Both the position numbers and the translations under genes were made by a program. This document shows positions 1 through 12,409 of a stretch of DNA of 64,000 bases, piece after piece. The stretch lies in NCBI GenBank assembly GCA_977017645.1, contig OZ360221.1, positions 224,874,001 to 224,938,000 of the forward strand, in the 5' to 3' direction. The DNA is from Torpedo marmorata (lineage: Eukaryota). The notes beneath the pieces were generated by a model that was not told the origin of the DNA, did not search any database, and saw nothing but the letters and a program-made list of their open reading frames with translations. Position 1 is the first letter of the stretch, and each line of letters opens with the position of its first letter.

Positions 1-277
1 AAATTTCATTGTCACTAGGTTTCGGCAATAACATTGTTGGGCCTAATTTTTCTCTTCAATATGCTTTTAACTGATAGTAACAAAAAAGTGTATTATTTTG
101 TATTCCATATTTATTTCTTAATTGTTGACATTAATTTATCGCCTTCATAACAATCTTCTATATATTTAATTCCTTTGCGAGACCATATATTTAATAGTTG
201 ATTATCCATTGTAAAAGGAATGTCGATTTTGAATTAAAGACATTCTTGATAACATACTCTTTTGCATATTCTTAAAT
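1..277 (-). mobile_element. L1-clade LINE ORF2 C-terminal fragment (runs off window start)
   Basis: Minus-strand translation IPFTMDNQLLNIWSRKGIKYIEDCYEG...NNTLFCYYQLKAY...EKLG resembles IPFTINNQLFKIWFQKGIKKINDCFEAG...NTLFAYYQIRAFLIEKLG in the L1 ORF at 46891-47823. Confidence 0.75.
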
Positions 278-284
278 TTAATTC

Positions 285-2210
285 ACAAGATCAGAAGATA
301 TAGGAGCAGAAGTAGTTCCATTGGCCCATCGAGTCTGCTCCACCATTCTAATCATGAGCTGATCCATCCACCCACTCAGCCCCACTTCACAGCTTTCTCC
401 CCGTAACCCTTGATGCCCTGATATCAAATACCTGTCAATCTCTGCCTTAAATACACCCAACAATGTCGCTTCCACAACCACCTGTGGCAACAAGTTCCAC
501 AGACTCGTGACCCTCCAACTAAAGAAATTTTTCCGCATCTCTGCATTAAATTGATGCCCTTTTATCCTGAAATTATGCCCTCTTGTCCAAGAATCCCCTA
601 CCATGGTGTTGTGATGGGAAGAGTATCAGGTTCGGTGGGTTCACAGAGAGATGAGTCTGGACACAAGTGTTACAATCACACGTAACTTTAATTAACACAC
701 AGGAGACAAACAGGGGAGAACGTTAAACGGTACTCAATTACTATTTCACTTAAGCAACGATATAGACATTCACCTCAGACCTAGGTTGGACTCTGACAAT
801 AGAGAACCTATACTCGACGCTCACACACTACAAACAGAGACTCTTACACACACCCGGTTCCCTGACCAACGGGGGTGCGGCTCCCTGCAAGTATTGCTCT
901 ATCGCAATACTACGGCTCAGCTTCAGTGTAGTGCACACCTTACCTGCGACACTTCTAGCGATGTCCACAGTAGCAACCTGGCGTGGAGCGATGTCCGGGG
1001 CTTGGACCATGAGACAGAGAGAAAGAATGTGCTGTGCGTTGGTGTTATATACAGTGCTAATCTGTGCTTCTAGCCAATAATGACACTAGGTGATTTAAAT
1101 TAGCCAACGGCAAGGTGTGCACTAATGGGTGGCCGGAGTCCAACCTCGATTGACAGGTGATGTGACTTCCGAATAAGTTTCAGACGGGGAGGACACATGA
1201 CCACCCGCAATACACACATTCCATACAGGCAGGGAGGCCACGTTTCCTCCACACATAACACATGGGAAACATCCTTTGCCACATCTACTCTGTCCAGGCC
1301 TTTCAGCATTCAAAATGCCTCTATGATCAGCTCATGATTAGAATGGCGGAGCAGACTCGATGGGCCTATGAGGTCCCCCCTCATCCTTCTGTACTCCAAC
1401 GAGTACAGTCCAAGAGCCGACAATCATTCCTCATATGCTAACACTTTCATTCCTGGTATCATTCTAGTAAATCTTCTCTGAACCCTCTCCATCGCCAGCA
1501 TGTCTTTTCACAAATACGGCACCCAAAACTGTACACAGAACTCCAAGTGAGGTCTCACCAGTGCTTTATAGAGTCTCAACAATACATCCCTGCTCTTATA
1601 TGCTATTCCTCTAGAAATGAATGCCAACATTGCATTCGCCTTCTTCACCACCGACTCTACCTGGAGGTCAACCTTTAGGGTATTCTGCATGAGGACTCCC
1701 AAGTCCCTTTGCACCTCGGAATTTTGAATTTTCTCCCCATCTAAATAATAGTCTGCCCGTCTATTTCTTCTACCAAAGTGCATGACTGAACACTTTCCAA
1801 CATTGTATTTCATCTGCCACATCTTTGCCCATTCTCCTAATCTATCCCTCTGCAGCCTTTCAATATCCTCAGCACCACCTCCCCTATCATCTGCAAATTT
1901 AGACACAAAGCTATCTATTCCATAATCTAAGTCATTTATATACAACGTAAAAAGAAGGGGCCCCAACACCAATCCCTGCGGAATACCACTGGTAACAGAT
2001 AGAAAACCAGAATAGGATCCCTTTATTCCTACTCTCTGTTTCCTGCCAGCCAGCCAATGCTCTACCCATGCTAGTATCCTTCCTGTAATTCCATCTTGTT
2101 TAGCAGCCTTATGTGTGGCACCTTGCCAAAGGCCTTTTGAAAGTCCAAATACACAACATCCACTGCATCTCCCCTGTCTATCCTACTTGTGATCTCTTCA
2201 AAAAATTGCT
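285..2210 (-). mobile_element. CR1 LINE 3' portion (RT C-terminus plus 3' UTR), split by a solo LTR
   Basis: ORF 1508-1972 has LGPLLFTLYINDL, SKFADD, RDLGV and LYKALVRPHLE; ORF 278-604 has RTRGH-like/RKNFFS CR1 C-terminal motifs; sequence is continuous across the 607-1260 insertion. Confidence 0.9.
607..1260 (-). mobile_element. Solo LTR (654 bp) inserted in CR1
   Basis: Termini TGTTGTG...CATAACA; 5-bp TSD CATGG at 602-606 and 1261-1265; ATTAAA on the minus strand near 690. Confidence 0.85.
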
Positions 2211-2379
2211 TCTCTGTCAGCTGCGCAGACTCTAAACTCTGGAATCCCCTACTGTGCCTCTCTTTCTAACTTTCAGGGCTTCCCAAGCAATTTCTTAAAT
2301 CACGTTCGCCAAGGTTTTGATCATCTCCCCTAAAGCATCCTTGGGTGGCTTGACGTATATTTTTGTTTGATGTTCCTGG

Positions 2380-2600
2380 GAGGAGAATGTAGAGAGGCTT
2401 CAGGGAAAAGTAGACAGGTTAAGTGAATGTGCAAGGACATGGCAGAGGAAGTATAATTTGGAAAGATAGGAACATCTATTTTTGTAGTAAAGACAAAATG
2501 GAGTTTTTTTAAATGGTGAGAGATTGAAAGGCACAGGTATTTAAAAAGATGTGAGTGACCTTGTATACAAAGCATGGAATTAGAGAATAGTTGTATCTCA
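2380..2600 (+). mobile_element. Degenerate CR1 RT fragment
   Basis: Decayed LQ..DRLSE.A..WQ..YN CR1 motif. Confidence 0.5.
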
Positions 2601-2899
2601 GAAGGAGATAATTCTGGCCATTGTACCAATGTTGACTCTCGATCTAAACAACTCTACAGTTCCACCCATTGCCCATTTTCTCCTTAGTATTGCAATTTTT
2701 TCTCTACCCTATTCATGTCTAATTCGTTCTTGAAGACCCCAATGGAACCTGCCTCCACCACATCTGTAGAATTCCTGATTCCATAAACAAGCTGCATTTT
2801 AAAAAATATATTTTTTTTTTTCATGTCTTTCCTAATTCTCTTTACCTTTTTATTTTGTACCAATAACAGCTATTTTTTTGACCCTCCATCAATGGGTCT

Positions 2900-3545
2900 A
2901 GCCTCTTGTTATACACTGTCTGGTCCCCTCAATGATATGTGTACTTCAATCAAATCTCCTCCAGCCTTTGCTTCAGCAAAGAAAAAAGTCCTGTCCTCTC
3001 TATCTTTGTAACGTTAGCCCTCAATCCCAGAACCATTATCATAAACTGTTTCTGGACCCTTTCTCATGCATTCACATCCTTCCTATAATAGAACAACCAG
3101 GATTGAGATGGGGTTAGTGTTTTGCAATGGTTTAGCATGACCTCCCTGCTTTTGTACTCTGTGCCTCTAAAGATAAAACCCATAATTGTCTGTGCCCTAT
3201 TGACTACTTTCTCAATCTTCCCTGCTACTTTCAATTGTATGGGCATGCATATCACCTCTCCATTCCCAGTCCCTCTGCTCCTGCTCATTCTATCAACTTT
3301 TCTCCACATCTCCACATTAATGTTCACCTGATCTGTGCTTGACCACTCTGCCAGCCAGTTTATATTCTGCTGCAGTTTATCACTATCACTTTAAAAGTTC
3401 ACAATGCAACCAAATTTTGTCATCTGCAAATTTAGAAATTGTGGGACTTTCCCTTTCAAGCCTAGGTCATTAATAACATTCAAAATCAGCAATCAATAGC
3501 TGACACTAATTCCTGGGGTATGTCATTATTCACCTTCATTGTCTA
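2900..3545 (-). mobile_element. Degenerate CR1 RT fragment
   Basis: ORF 3064-3327 KVVNRAQTIMGFIFRGTEYKSREVMLN; minus-strand SKFAD motif near 3420-3435. Confidence 0.7.
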
Positions 3546-4258
3546 GAACTTTGCCAACTTCATAGCCATATTATTAATGACCCCTTTATGTTATGTGCTT
3601 CAGTTTTGGGATATTTACAGTGAGGTAGCCAGAATGATATGGAAATATCTGCTGAATGGAGCAGGGAACATTATTGGACCGAGGGACACTTTTGGGACAA
3701 TGCACAGGAATTTTGAACCCAAGTTTTAAAATATTAAAATTCCCATCCATGTTTATGATCCATCCTTATTGTCCCTCCCAATCTCTGTAATTTCTTCCAT
3801 TCCTACCATTCCATTGGAAATGCATGTGCTCCTATATTTCAGGTATTTTGATTGTCCTTGTATCTAATTTCTTTATATTTGATGTTCTTGCTTTCAGCTA
3901 CCTAGGCCCTATGCTTTGGGATTCTCTACTTAACCTCTCCCAATCTATATACATTTTTCAACCAGAAATACAGAAGTAGGGAAATTATGCTTCAGTTAAA
4001 TGGATTAATTTGCATCTGGAAGACTGTGTGTTATATTGGTCTCACTATTTGATGAATGATATTAATACTTTGAAAACAGCTCAAAGAAAGTTTATTTGTC
4101 TAATACCTAGAATAGTTGGGTTGTCTTATGAGGAAAAGTTGCAGAGAGTAGGCATGTATCTGTTGGAGCTTACAATTGTGAAAGGTGACATGATTGCTGA
4201 AAATAATATTCCAAGGGATCTTGAAAGGGTGGACGTGGAGAGAAGGTTTCCTCTTGCT

Positions 4259-5412
4259 CAGTGGTTCCCAACCGGTGGGCCATGGCATATTTCCATGTGG
4301 GCCACGGAGACTTCCTAACCCACTGAGGTCAGGGTGGGTCTGAGGTCATGTCTCAGTCCTCCCGGGTGACTTTAGGTGGGGTGGCGATCAATCTGCCACT
4401 GAGATCATCTGGCCGTCTCTCAATTGCAGTGGCTTGGCGCTCAACTCTCAGTCACAGTTCCTATCAGACCTCCACACAAGACAGATTTAGAAGTGAGTGT
4501 TTTCTGTCTTCTTACTGCTTGTTGTTCTTCACTTCAGTCAAGACTCAAGAGGGTCCTGTTTATAAGGTAAGGCACATGATATATTTCTCCTCTAAAATTG
4601 GATATAAATTATTTTTGCAAAAATTTTCATCAAAGATTTACCCTGAAAGGGATTGCATGATTGTAGAATATGTTGCAAGTTTACTTGGCTATTGCGAGCA
4701 AATGAGTAACCTTTAATGTTCAAGGAAACATCCCAACATGATAGAAATAAATTAAACATAAACTAACAGACCATATATTTATGTGTAGTAATTATTTGGA
4801 AGACGAACCCTTTGTAAATTGCAATAAAATTAGTGTTTTCTTCTGTTATTTGATGCGCTTATCACGATTTGGTTATCAAGATGAACTCATTGACCTTCAA
4901 AACGATTCTGGATGCAGAGATGTGTTTGAGACTTCGTCTATCTCTGAGTTTTGGCCAAAAGTGATAGATAGTTACCCAAACATTGCGAAGGAGTGTCTTC
5001 AGAAGATCCTTCCTTTCACGACCGCTTATCTTTGTGAATCAGGCTTTTCGACATTGCTGCAGTTGAAGACAAAGATACGAAACCACATTGAAGTGGAGGC
5101 AAATCTCAGGTGTGCATTATCTACAATAGAACCAAGTATGTGGAAACTGGTGAAGAAACCTCAGGAAAGGGGGTCTCATTAAAGTGGCTTGAGCTTTGAT
5201 TTTGATTGGGAGTTTTTATGTTCCGTGTATGCTTGGAGTGTTTTTTGTTCTTTAAAAATGTTAAATAAAATACTTTAAATTCGATAAAGATGTGTTTCTT
5301 ACAGAGCTGCCTTTGTCTTGAAAATATTGCTCAGTCATTGCCACTAGTGGGCCATGGCATGTTAGGCCGGAAGCCAGGTGGGCCTTAGACTGAAAAAGGT
5401 GGACAACCACTG
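4259..5412 (+). mobile_element. Internally deleted hAT (Charlie/Buster-like) DNA transposon
   Basis: TIRs CAGTGGTTCCCAACC / GGTGGACAACCACTG; degenerate 8-bp TSD ctcttgct/ttcttgtg; subterminal TGGGCCA(T/C)GG repeats at both ends. Confidence 0.85.
4870..5182 (+). pseudogene. hAT transposase C-terminal dimerisation domain remnant (ZBED8/FAM200/Buster-like)
   Basis: FWPKVIDSYPNIAKECLQKILPFTTAYLCESGFSTLLQLKTKIRN. Confidence 0.85.
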
Positions 5413-5772
5413 TTCTTGTGGGACAATTTAGAATTAGGGGTGTCATTATTTTTAAATACAAGAGGTTTCCCATTTAACTCGAGATGAGGTGATTTTTTTC
5501 TGTTGTATTTTGAATTTTCTCACGTGGTGTAGGAAGCAGAGTCTGATTATTTTTAAGGCAGAGGTGGGTAGATAAGCCAGGGAGTGGGGTGATGGTGAAA
5601 GGTTACCACGGCTGGACTAGAATACAGATGTGATTTTATTAAATGGTAGAGCAAGCTCCGGCAGCTGAGTAGCCCATTTGGGCTCTTCATGCAATTGTGC
5701 ATTTATATGAGATGCTGTCCCTTTGACTTGTTTTTTGTTTGGATATCTAGGCTACATTGGAGGTACTATATA

Positions 5773-6323
5773 CAGTACAGCTCCGATTATCTGAAATTGG
5801 ATTATCCGAAATCCTCAGTTATCCGAAATTTTTTGGACCCGGAAGTGACGTCTGTTCGGCTCCGAAATTTTTTTCGGATAATTGAGGATTTCAGAAAAAT
5901 CAGAAATCCTCATTTATCCGAAAAATTTTGAAGCCGAAATGGCGTCATTTCGCCTCCGAAAATTTTTGGATAAATGAGGATATCTGAAACAATCAGAAAT
6001 CCTCAGTTATTCAAAAAAATTTTCGGAGCCGAACTGATGTCACATGTTGAAAAAACTTTGGAATTTTGGAAAAACCTCTGAGTAGAATTTTGAGTTTTTG
6101 GTGTTGGATTTATCTTATTTTGTTCAGGTTGTTTTTTGGTGAGAATTAAACATTATTTCATGCTTAAAAAGCCTACCCTTGTTGTTTGTTGTTGTTTAAA
6201 CACTGTTACAAGTGATTTGCTGTTGCTACTGGGCTGTTTTTAAAAAATGACCAGTTATCCAAAAATATCGTTTATCCGAAATAGGCCCGGTCTCGATCAT
6301 TTCGGATGATCGGAGTTGTACTG
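5773..6323. mobile_element. Tc1/mariner-pogo (Tigger-like) MITE
   Basis: TIRs CAGTACAGCTCCGATTATC / GATGATCGGAGTTGTACTG; TA flanks at 5771-5772 and 6324-6325; many internal TATCCGAAA repeats in both orientations. Confidence 0.9.
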
Positions 6324-6939
6324 TAAATGGAAGTTGTTGTTGTCGAGTCGTTCCTGACCAGGAGATGCTTCGCACTGAGACACGATACTTGAAATGGAAG
6401 AGCATTTTGCTGACCGCAACATTTTCTGAAAAAATAAAGACAGGATTTGTTTTTGGTTTGCATGCAGAGACGAAAGATAAATTTCAGCCACTCATTGCAA
6501 TAACTCAAATTGCATACATGACCCAATTTTTCTCTGGTATCTCTGCAAATGTTCTTCAAATGTTTAACCCCGGATATTGTGGAATAGAGTTGGGGAAACC
6601 TTCTTAACACTCTGGAGTCTGTGGCTGCAATCGGTGATTATTCTATACATAGAGATTCCAGGCTTCAAAGGCCTAGCTTCAAAGAGTGAGAGATAAACTC
6701 TCTGAAATATAAAATTCTGAAAGGGATTGACAGGATAGATTATGAGACGCTGTTTCCTCTGCAGGAGAGTCCAGAATTGTGCTTCTGTTCTCAAATAAAA
6801 AGATGTAAGAGAGGAGGTGAATCTGTGGAAATATCCACTCAATGATTATATTCAAGGCAGAGGTGGTTAGAATTTGGGATACCAGATTAATAAAGGCAAG
6901 GGGGATTGGACAGGAAAGTGGATGAAGTAGAAGATCCAA

Positions 6940-7155
6940 AGTCACTGCTGGAGGAACTCAGTAGGTCGAGCATCATCTGCGGATGCAAAGTGATGGTCAA
7001 TATTTCGTGTTCAGATCCTGTATCGGCCTTGATACAGAAACTCGACCCATAACATTGACTATCCCTTTGCATCCACTAATGAGCCCAATGAGTTCCTACA
7101 ACTGTTTTTTTTTTTCACTCCTGGTTCCAAAACTTGCAGTCTCTTGTGTCTCTGA
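6940..7155. repeat. Degenerate palindromic Penelope-tail-derived short element
   Basis: ctggaggaactcag... and ...tgagttcct form an inverted pair resembling the Penelope tails at 43200-43320 and 55225-55350. Confidence 0.5.
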
Positions 7156-8188
7156 AGTAGAAGATTGGTCTCGATCTTCCCACATGATACACCTCTGATT
7201 TTGCCCTTTTTTTGTGCACACTCTACAGCATGCTGTTATTTTTTACTTTGTGCTTCTTGTTTGGATTGTTGTGCTTGTTAGGGTTTCATTGCAGGAATAG
7301 ATAATGAGAGACTTCTTAGATTGCAAACTCAGTTGACTTCTCTCCCAAATGCCTCCCCAGGGAGGTTCACAGCCCACACATCACCTGGAAGCCGTCTGGC
7401 AAACCATAAATAGACAGAGTTTGCTGATGACACTACCGCTGCACTGAGTGATGGACACACATTGGGAAACAAATTGCTATTAGTAGGATTTCTTGTCAGT
7501 TTTCCCAAGAATTCAATCAAGCAGGAGTGAAGTACTTGGAGTCCAAGCTGTGCTGCAGGCTGGAAGAAGTGGAGAGGATTTGGACTCATCAGGAATGACC
7601 AAGAGGCTTAGAAAGAGAAATGTAATTGCCAATTTCCTGCCTTTCAAAAGGAAAACTACTGGAGAAAAAAAAACCACATTTGTATAATAGCTTTCATGAA
7701 ACCAGGATTTCCAAAGCATTCCACAGCCAATGAATCATGGTGGATGTGAAATGATTCTTGCACTGTTAGGGAACACAGCAGCAAGTTTGCACCTAGGAGA
7801 ATCCTATAAAAACCATCAGAATATTTTAGTCCTTTCATTCTTAATAATTAAAGGCTTCCTGTAACCATTGTTTCAGCCTCCTGCAGACAGTTCAGAATTC
7901 TGGAGTCCTCTTTAATCCTGAGTCAAATTTCTGGCCCATATCTTTAGCTCCTATCCATCTCACAAATGACGTGTCATAAACCTGCTGTGATCTTATTTGG
8001 TATTTATTTTAATTAGATTGGAAATGCTTGTGTTTTAGGAATTAATTTTATAGTTGAAATAACTTTAATTTACTTTTATAATGCCTTTCCCAGCCAATGT
8101 TACTTTTTGAATTGTAGTCACTGGTAATGCAGGGCACATGGAATACCTTGGTGCTCAGCCCCAACAAATTGCAAGGTGATAATGACCA

Positions 8189-8675
8189 AAAATGTATTGC
8201 TATTACTTGGAAATCAGACTTAGATTTAAATTTGGATAGATTACATGCAGAGTTACGCTCGTGTATACCATTGGAAAAAATTACGTATAATTTACGAGAC
8301 AAATATCATTTATTTCTGAAAATTTGGAGCCCATACATGAGAATTATGGGTATGAATTAATTCTCTAGAAGTTAGTACCGCTGACAAAGTAACCTCCAAT
8401 ATACAAGTAGAGTTAGCTTGAAATAGTTTTCTCCTCACACTAACACTAACTTTCTTAACTTTATTATTCAATCTATTTCTTTTCTTTTAACTAACATTTT
8501 TATATTCTATTTTTTCTTTTTTTTTAATTAGATAGCGTGGGAGGGTTGGGGAGGGGAGGGTGGGAAGGGGGGGTGGTAATATATCACATGTATTTTCAAT
8601 AATACACTATTTTTTTGATATATGTATTTTGTGATTTTAAAAAATTAAATAAAATTATAAAAAAAAAAAAAAAAA
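8189..8675 (+). mobile_element. 5'-truncated L1 (ORF2 end, 3' UTR, poly-A)
   Basis: 16-bp TSD AAGGTGATAATGACCA at 8173-8188 and 8676-8691; KCIAITWKSDL...IPLEKITYNLR; AATAAA then an A-run. Confidence 0.95.
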
Positions 8676-8691
8676 AAGGTGATAATGACCA

Positions 8692-8950
8692 GATATTATT
8701 TTTTTACTATTGTTGATTGAGGACACCAGGGATAACCCCTGTTCTTTTGCAAAACACTATTGTGGGGTTGTTTAGACATCCACTTCCAAGGTTAGGCGGG
8801 CCTTTAGCTCAATGCCTCATCTTCGTGTGTGCACCTCCAACAGTGCAGCACTCCTTCTGTACTGTGCTGGTGGATCAGCCTGGATTTTCATGCTGAAAGT
8901 ACTGGAATAAGGCTCGAATGCACTTCTGGCACAGAGGAGAGAGCACTTCT
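8692..8950 (-). mobile_element. Deu-domain tRNA-derived SINE (SacSINE1-like) remnant, host of the L1 insertion
   Basis: acagtgcagcactcc..ctgtactg motif and decayed tRNA head, recognised from shark SINEs. Confidence 0.6.
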
Positions 8951-9983
8951 CTCTGTGTTATCTACATATTATCTCTGTGCTGTATCAGGATTCCAATATC
9001 ACTGAAAGGTCAAATGTGTAAATTAGAGGTTGGAATGAGATTCTATGCAATGTTTATTCCTACATTTGAGTTTAATGAAATTTGAATTCTTTGCTTGAGG
9101 TGAGATTAAGGTCTATGCTGATTGTCATCTCTCTTGTTTCCCATCCTAAAATATAACATTCTGTTTACAGAAGTACATGGGCATTTTGAGTATGTTACAG
9201 GAGAGGTTAAATGAGTAGTCCAATCAATGGTCTGTCTTTTGCAAATGAATAGAAAATTTAATTAACTTTGCTGGGTAAAGTGGAGCACAAGTATTAATTC
9301 CATGGAGGCAAATTTAAGTGAGCTATTACGGAGACAGAGGTAGGTTGACAAGGTCTGTGTTTTTCCATCAATAATTGGAGCCACAATAACCTAAATGTCT
9401 GAAATAAATTGCAAATGTTCGTTGAACACTACTTAGAGGAAAAGGTCAGTTTCCTAAATTGATGGTTTGCGCAATGATCTCGTATACCTTTTAATTTGTG
9501 CCAGAGGTTCATTGGCCCTGAAGTCTGCTTTGTTTCCTCCTGTAATCTGAAAGCCCCTGTTCAGGCTAACCCCACCATCTCTCCTTACTTTTCCCAAAGA
9601 GTCAGTGCTACATGATATATCCTAAGGGGAGAGGTTCATCATGACTTGATCAATGGTGAAAAAAACAATAATCTCTGCTGATTTGACAACCTCTTGCCTT
9701 GGGGCTGAGAAAGAGATTGCAGATGAACTTTTGGACTCTGAATTCCCTTGTACTGATGGTTGGATGCAATTGCAGCGACGTTATTCATGGTCTGGGCTGT
9801 ACTGGAAGGATGTGATAACACCAGAGAAGATGGAGGGAAGATGTATAAAGATCTTGCTAGCACTGGAGAGTTCTAGAAAGATTGAAAAGGCTGAAGCTTT
9901 CTGTAGAACAGAGGAGGAAAATGGGAGATTTAAACAAGGTGTATGAAGTTGTGTGAAGTTTAGATAGAATGGATGGAAAGATT

Positions 9984-10225
9984 AGGGCAGCGCGGTTAGC
10001 GCAACGCTGTTACAGCGCCAGCGATCGGGACTGGGGTTCAAATCCCGCGCTGTCTGTAAGGAGTTTGTACGTTCTCCCCGTGTCTGCGTGGGTTTCCTCC
10101 GGGTGCTCTGGTTTCCTCCCACCATTCAAAACGTACTGGGGTTGTAGGTCGATTGGGTGTAAATTGGGCGGCACGGGCTCATAGGCCGAAATGGCCTGTT
10201 ACTGTGTTGTATGTCGAAATTTAAT
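9984..10225 (+). mobile_element. tRNA-derived V-SINE (HE1-like)
   Basis: A-box-like GCGCGGTTAGC, B-box GGTTCAAATCC, V-domain gagtttgtacgttctccccgtgtctgcgtgggtttcctccgggtgctc; second copy at 52262-52507. Confidence 0.88.
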
Positions 10226-10260
10226 TTTTTTTAAAAAATTTCCCTGAGAAGATGTGGATA

Positions 10261-11902
10261 AAAAACCAAACAGAGCAATTAACGGGCATGGTTCTATTCC
10301 AATCTTAAAAATCGTTGATAAGGTTTGGAAAATATCTTTCCAAAATCTTTCTAAATTTGGGCACTCCCAAACATATGAATCAGTGAAGCTTCAAAAATTC
10401 TACACTTCTCACATAGTGGATCAACATCTACATAAAATGAGATAATTTGAGTTTGGACGTATGTATTCTATGTACCACTTTAAATTGTAATAAACAATAC
10501 CTTGCACAAAATAAGGAATCATTGATCAAGCTAAGAGTAGAATACCAATCTTCATCTGAAAATGTTATATTTAAATCACGTTCCCAATCACTCTTAATCC
10601 CGGCCATTGAGGCTGATCTTAAATCCAATAGATCATTATAAATATATGATATTAATCCACCGTGAACAAACTGTAAATTAAAAAATGAATCAAGGATATT
10701 AGTATTTGAAATTCGAGGAAAATCCGAAAGCTTGGACTGAACAAAGTGTCTAAGTTGTAAATATCTAAAAAAATGTCTGTTAGAAAGATTAAATTTGGCT
10801 GATAATTGTTCAAAAGAGGCAAAATTATCTTGAATAAAAAGATCGTTGTAACTTTGGATACCCAATCTATACCATTCCTTAAAACCAGAGTCTAACACAG
10901 ACGGCTGAAAAAGATGGTTATCTATAATGGTACTAGCCAAAGAAAAACTGTTATAGCCAAAAAAAATTCTAAATTGAGCCCATATTCTCAACCTATTTCT
11001 CATTATCGGGTTATGTGTCAATTTAGAAAAGGGCAAGGGTAAAAATAAACCTAAAATTGCCAACATAGATGATTTCTGAGAAAACTTCAGTTCCATTTCT
11101 ACCCAGGAAGGGCGATTCACTAACTTATCGAAATGTAATAATAGGTGTTATTAATCGCCCAATAATTGAATCTAAAGTCTGGAAGTGATAGTTCTCCATT
11201 CCTTTTAGTCTTTTGAAGATGGGCTTTATTTATACGTGGTTGTTTTCCTTGCCATATATGTGAAGAAATAACCGAATCTAAACTGAATGGTTTTTCTCGT
11301 GAACCAGACATACTCAGGAAAAAGTTTTAGCTTTTACCACGTTGATAGCCAGACGAGCAATTCTATTGAAATGGAAAGATGACTCTCCACCTACTCATAC
11401 ACAGTAGTTACGTGATGTAATGACTTATTTAAGCTTGGAGAAAATTAGATACAGCATTAAAGATAAAAAGTTTCAATTTGAAAGGATGTGGGGCCCATTC
11501 ATAGAATACTATCATGTTTGGAAGAATTAAGAATTTTGATTGTTCCGGAGATTCTCTGTTCAGTGTCTGGAGGTCGCTATTTGATCCATACTCTCCTTTT
11601 TCTTAATGTTTTCTTTCTACAAGGAAACCTTGATTAGAGGGTGCAGATAGAATAGATTTAGTTTTAGGGTTTTTTTAAAAATACTTTTTATTTGAAAAAT
11701 TGGTTAATACGAGTTTAATATGGTTATTATAGATTATTCATAACTTGGATAAAACCGCTTTTTATTTAGAACAAAGAACTGTTCAAGGTAGTTCTACTTA
11801 TTCTTTGATTATATGCATATGAAATGACACGTTATGTATTGTAATAAAGAATTTGTATGTAAGATTTATATATTAAACTCAATAAAAATATTTTAAAAAG
11901 AA
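10261..11902. mobile_element. L1 insertion with 5' inversion (10261-11287 on minus, 11288-11902 on plus)
   Basis: 12-bp TSD AAGATGTGGATA at 10249-10260 and 11903-11914; minus ORFs 10428-11311 are L1 ORF2 (LSLPDFRFNYWA, FFRYLQLRHF, LLQFKVVHR); plus part LIARRAILLKWK, AATAAA, A-rich tail. Confidence 0.92.
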
Positions 11903-12409
11903 AAGATGTGGATAGATAGAAGGGTGTAGATTTGAAGGAATTGGAACAAGAGTGAGAGGAGAATTGAAAGATCTTTTCTGCCAGAGGAAAGTGGAGGTCT
12001 GGAATTTCCTACAGGGTGGTGAAAACAGATTTTTAAAATATCCTGTATAAGCATGTCATATGACTTAACCTGCAAGGCAACAAACCAAATGGGATTATTC
12101 AGGACAACCTGCATGCACATGATAGACCAAATGGTCTCTACTGATCGATAGATTCCGATTTAGTTGTGGAATAATAGAAATGTATCTGTCTAGTTTCTGG
12201 AATCTGACTCCTGAACATTACTATTGTGTTGTTTGTGCCTGAGCCCCATATTGTTTAGCTGATATGAACAAAAGCCATTTGGTAATAGAACTGACAAATG
12301 AACAGTTTAATAAATATTCAAGACTTGTATATGTCAATCATAACATTCATGGCTGTGTCTGAGAAAGCTAGAATAATTCTGGATGAAATAGCAGAGAAAA
12401 TTGGCAAAA

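Larger units (their letters stand above)
3960..5670 (+). mobile_element. CR1 3' fragment interrupted by a hAT transposon
   Basis: ORF 4010-4318 HLEDCVLYWS..QRKFICLIP..GLSYEEKL; the CR1 tail resumes after 5412. Confidence 0.75.

Noticed and set aside
4781-5182. Host ZBED8/FAM200-like gene
   Set aside because: Only the C-terminal domain is present, inside TIRs of a deleted hAT element that interrupts a CR1
7329-7720. Possible host exon in apparently unique sequence
   Set aside because: No recognisable protein motif or convincing splice-site pair; an EFADDT-like string suggests at most an ancient LINE remnant
9984-10060. tRNA gene (also 52430-52507 and 51085-51140)
   Set aside because: These tRNA-like heads run into SINE bodies or are decayed, and lack a proper acceptor stem
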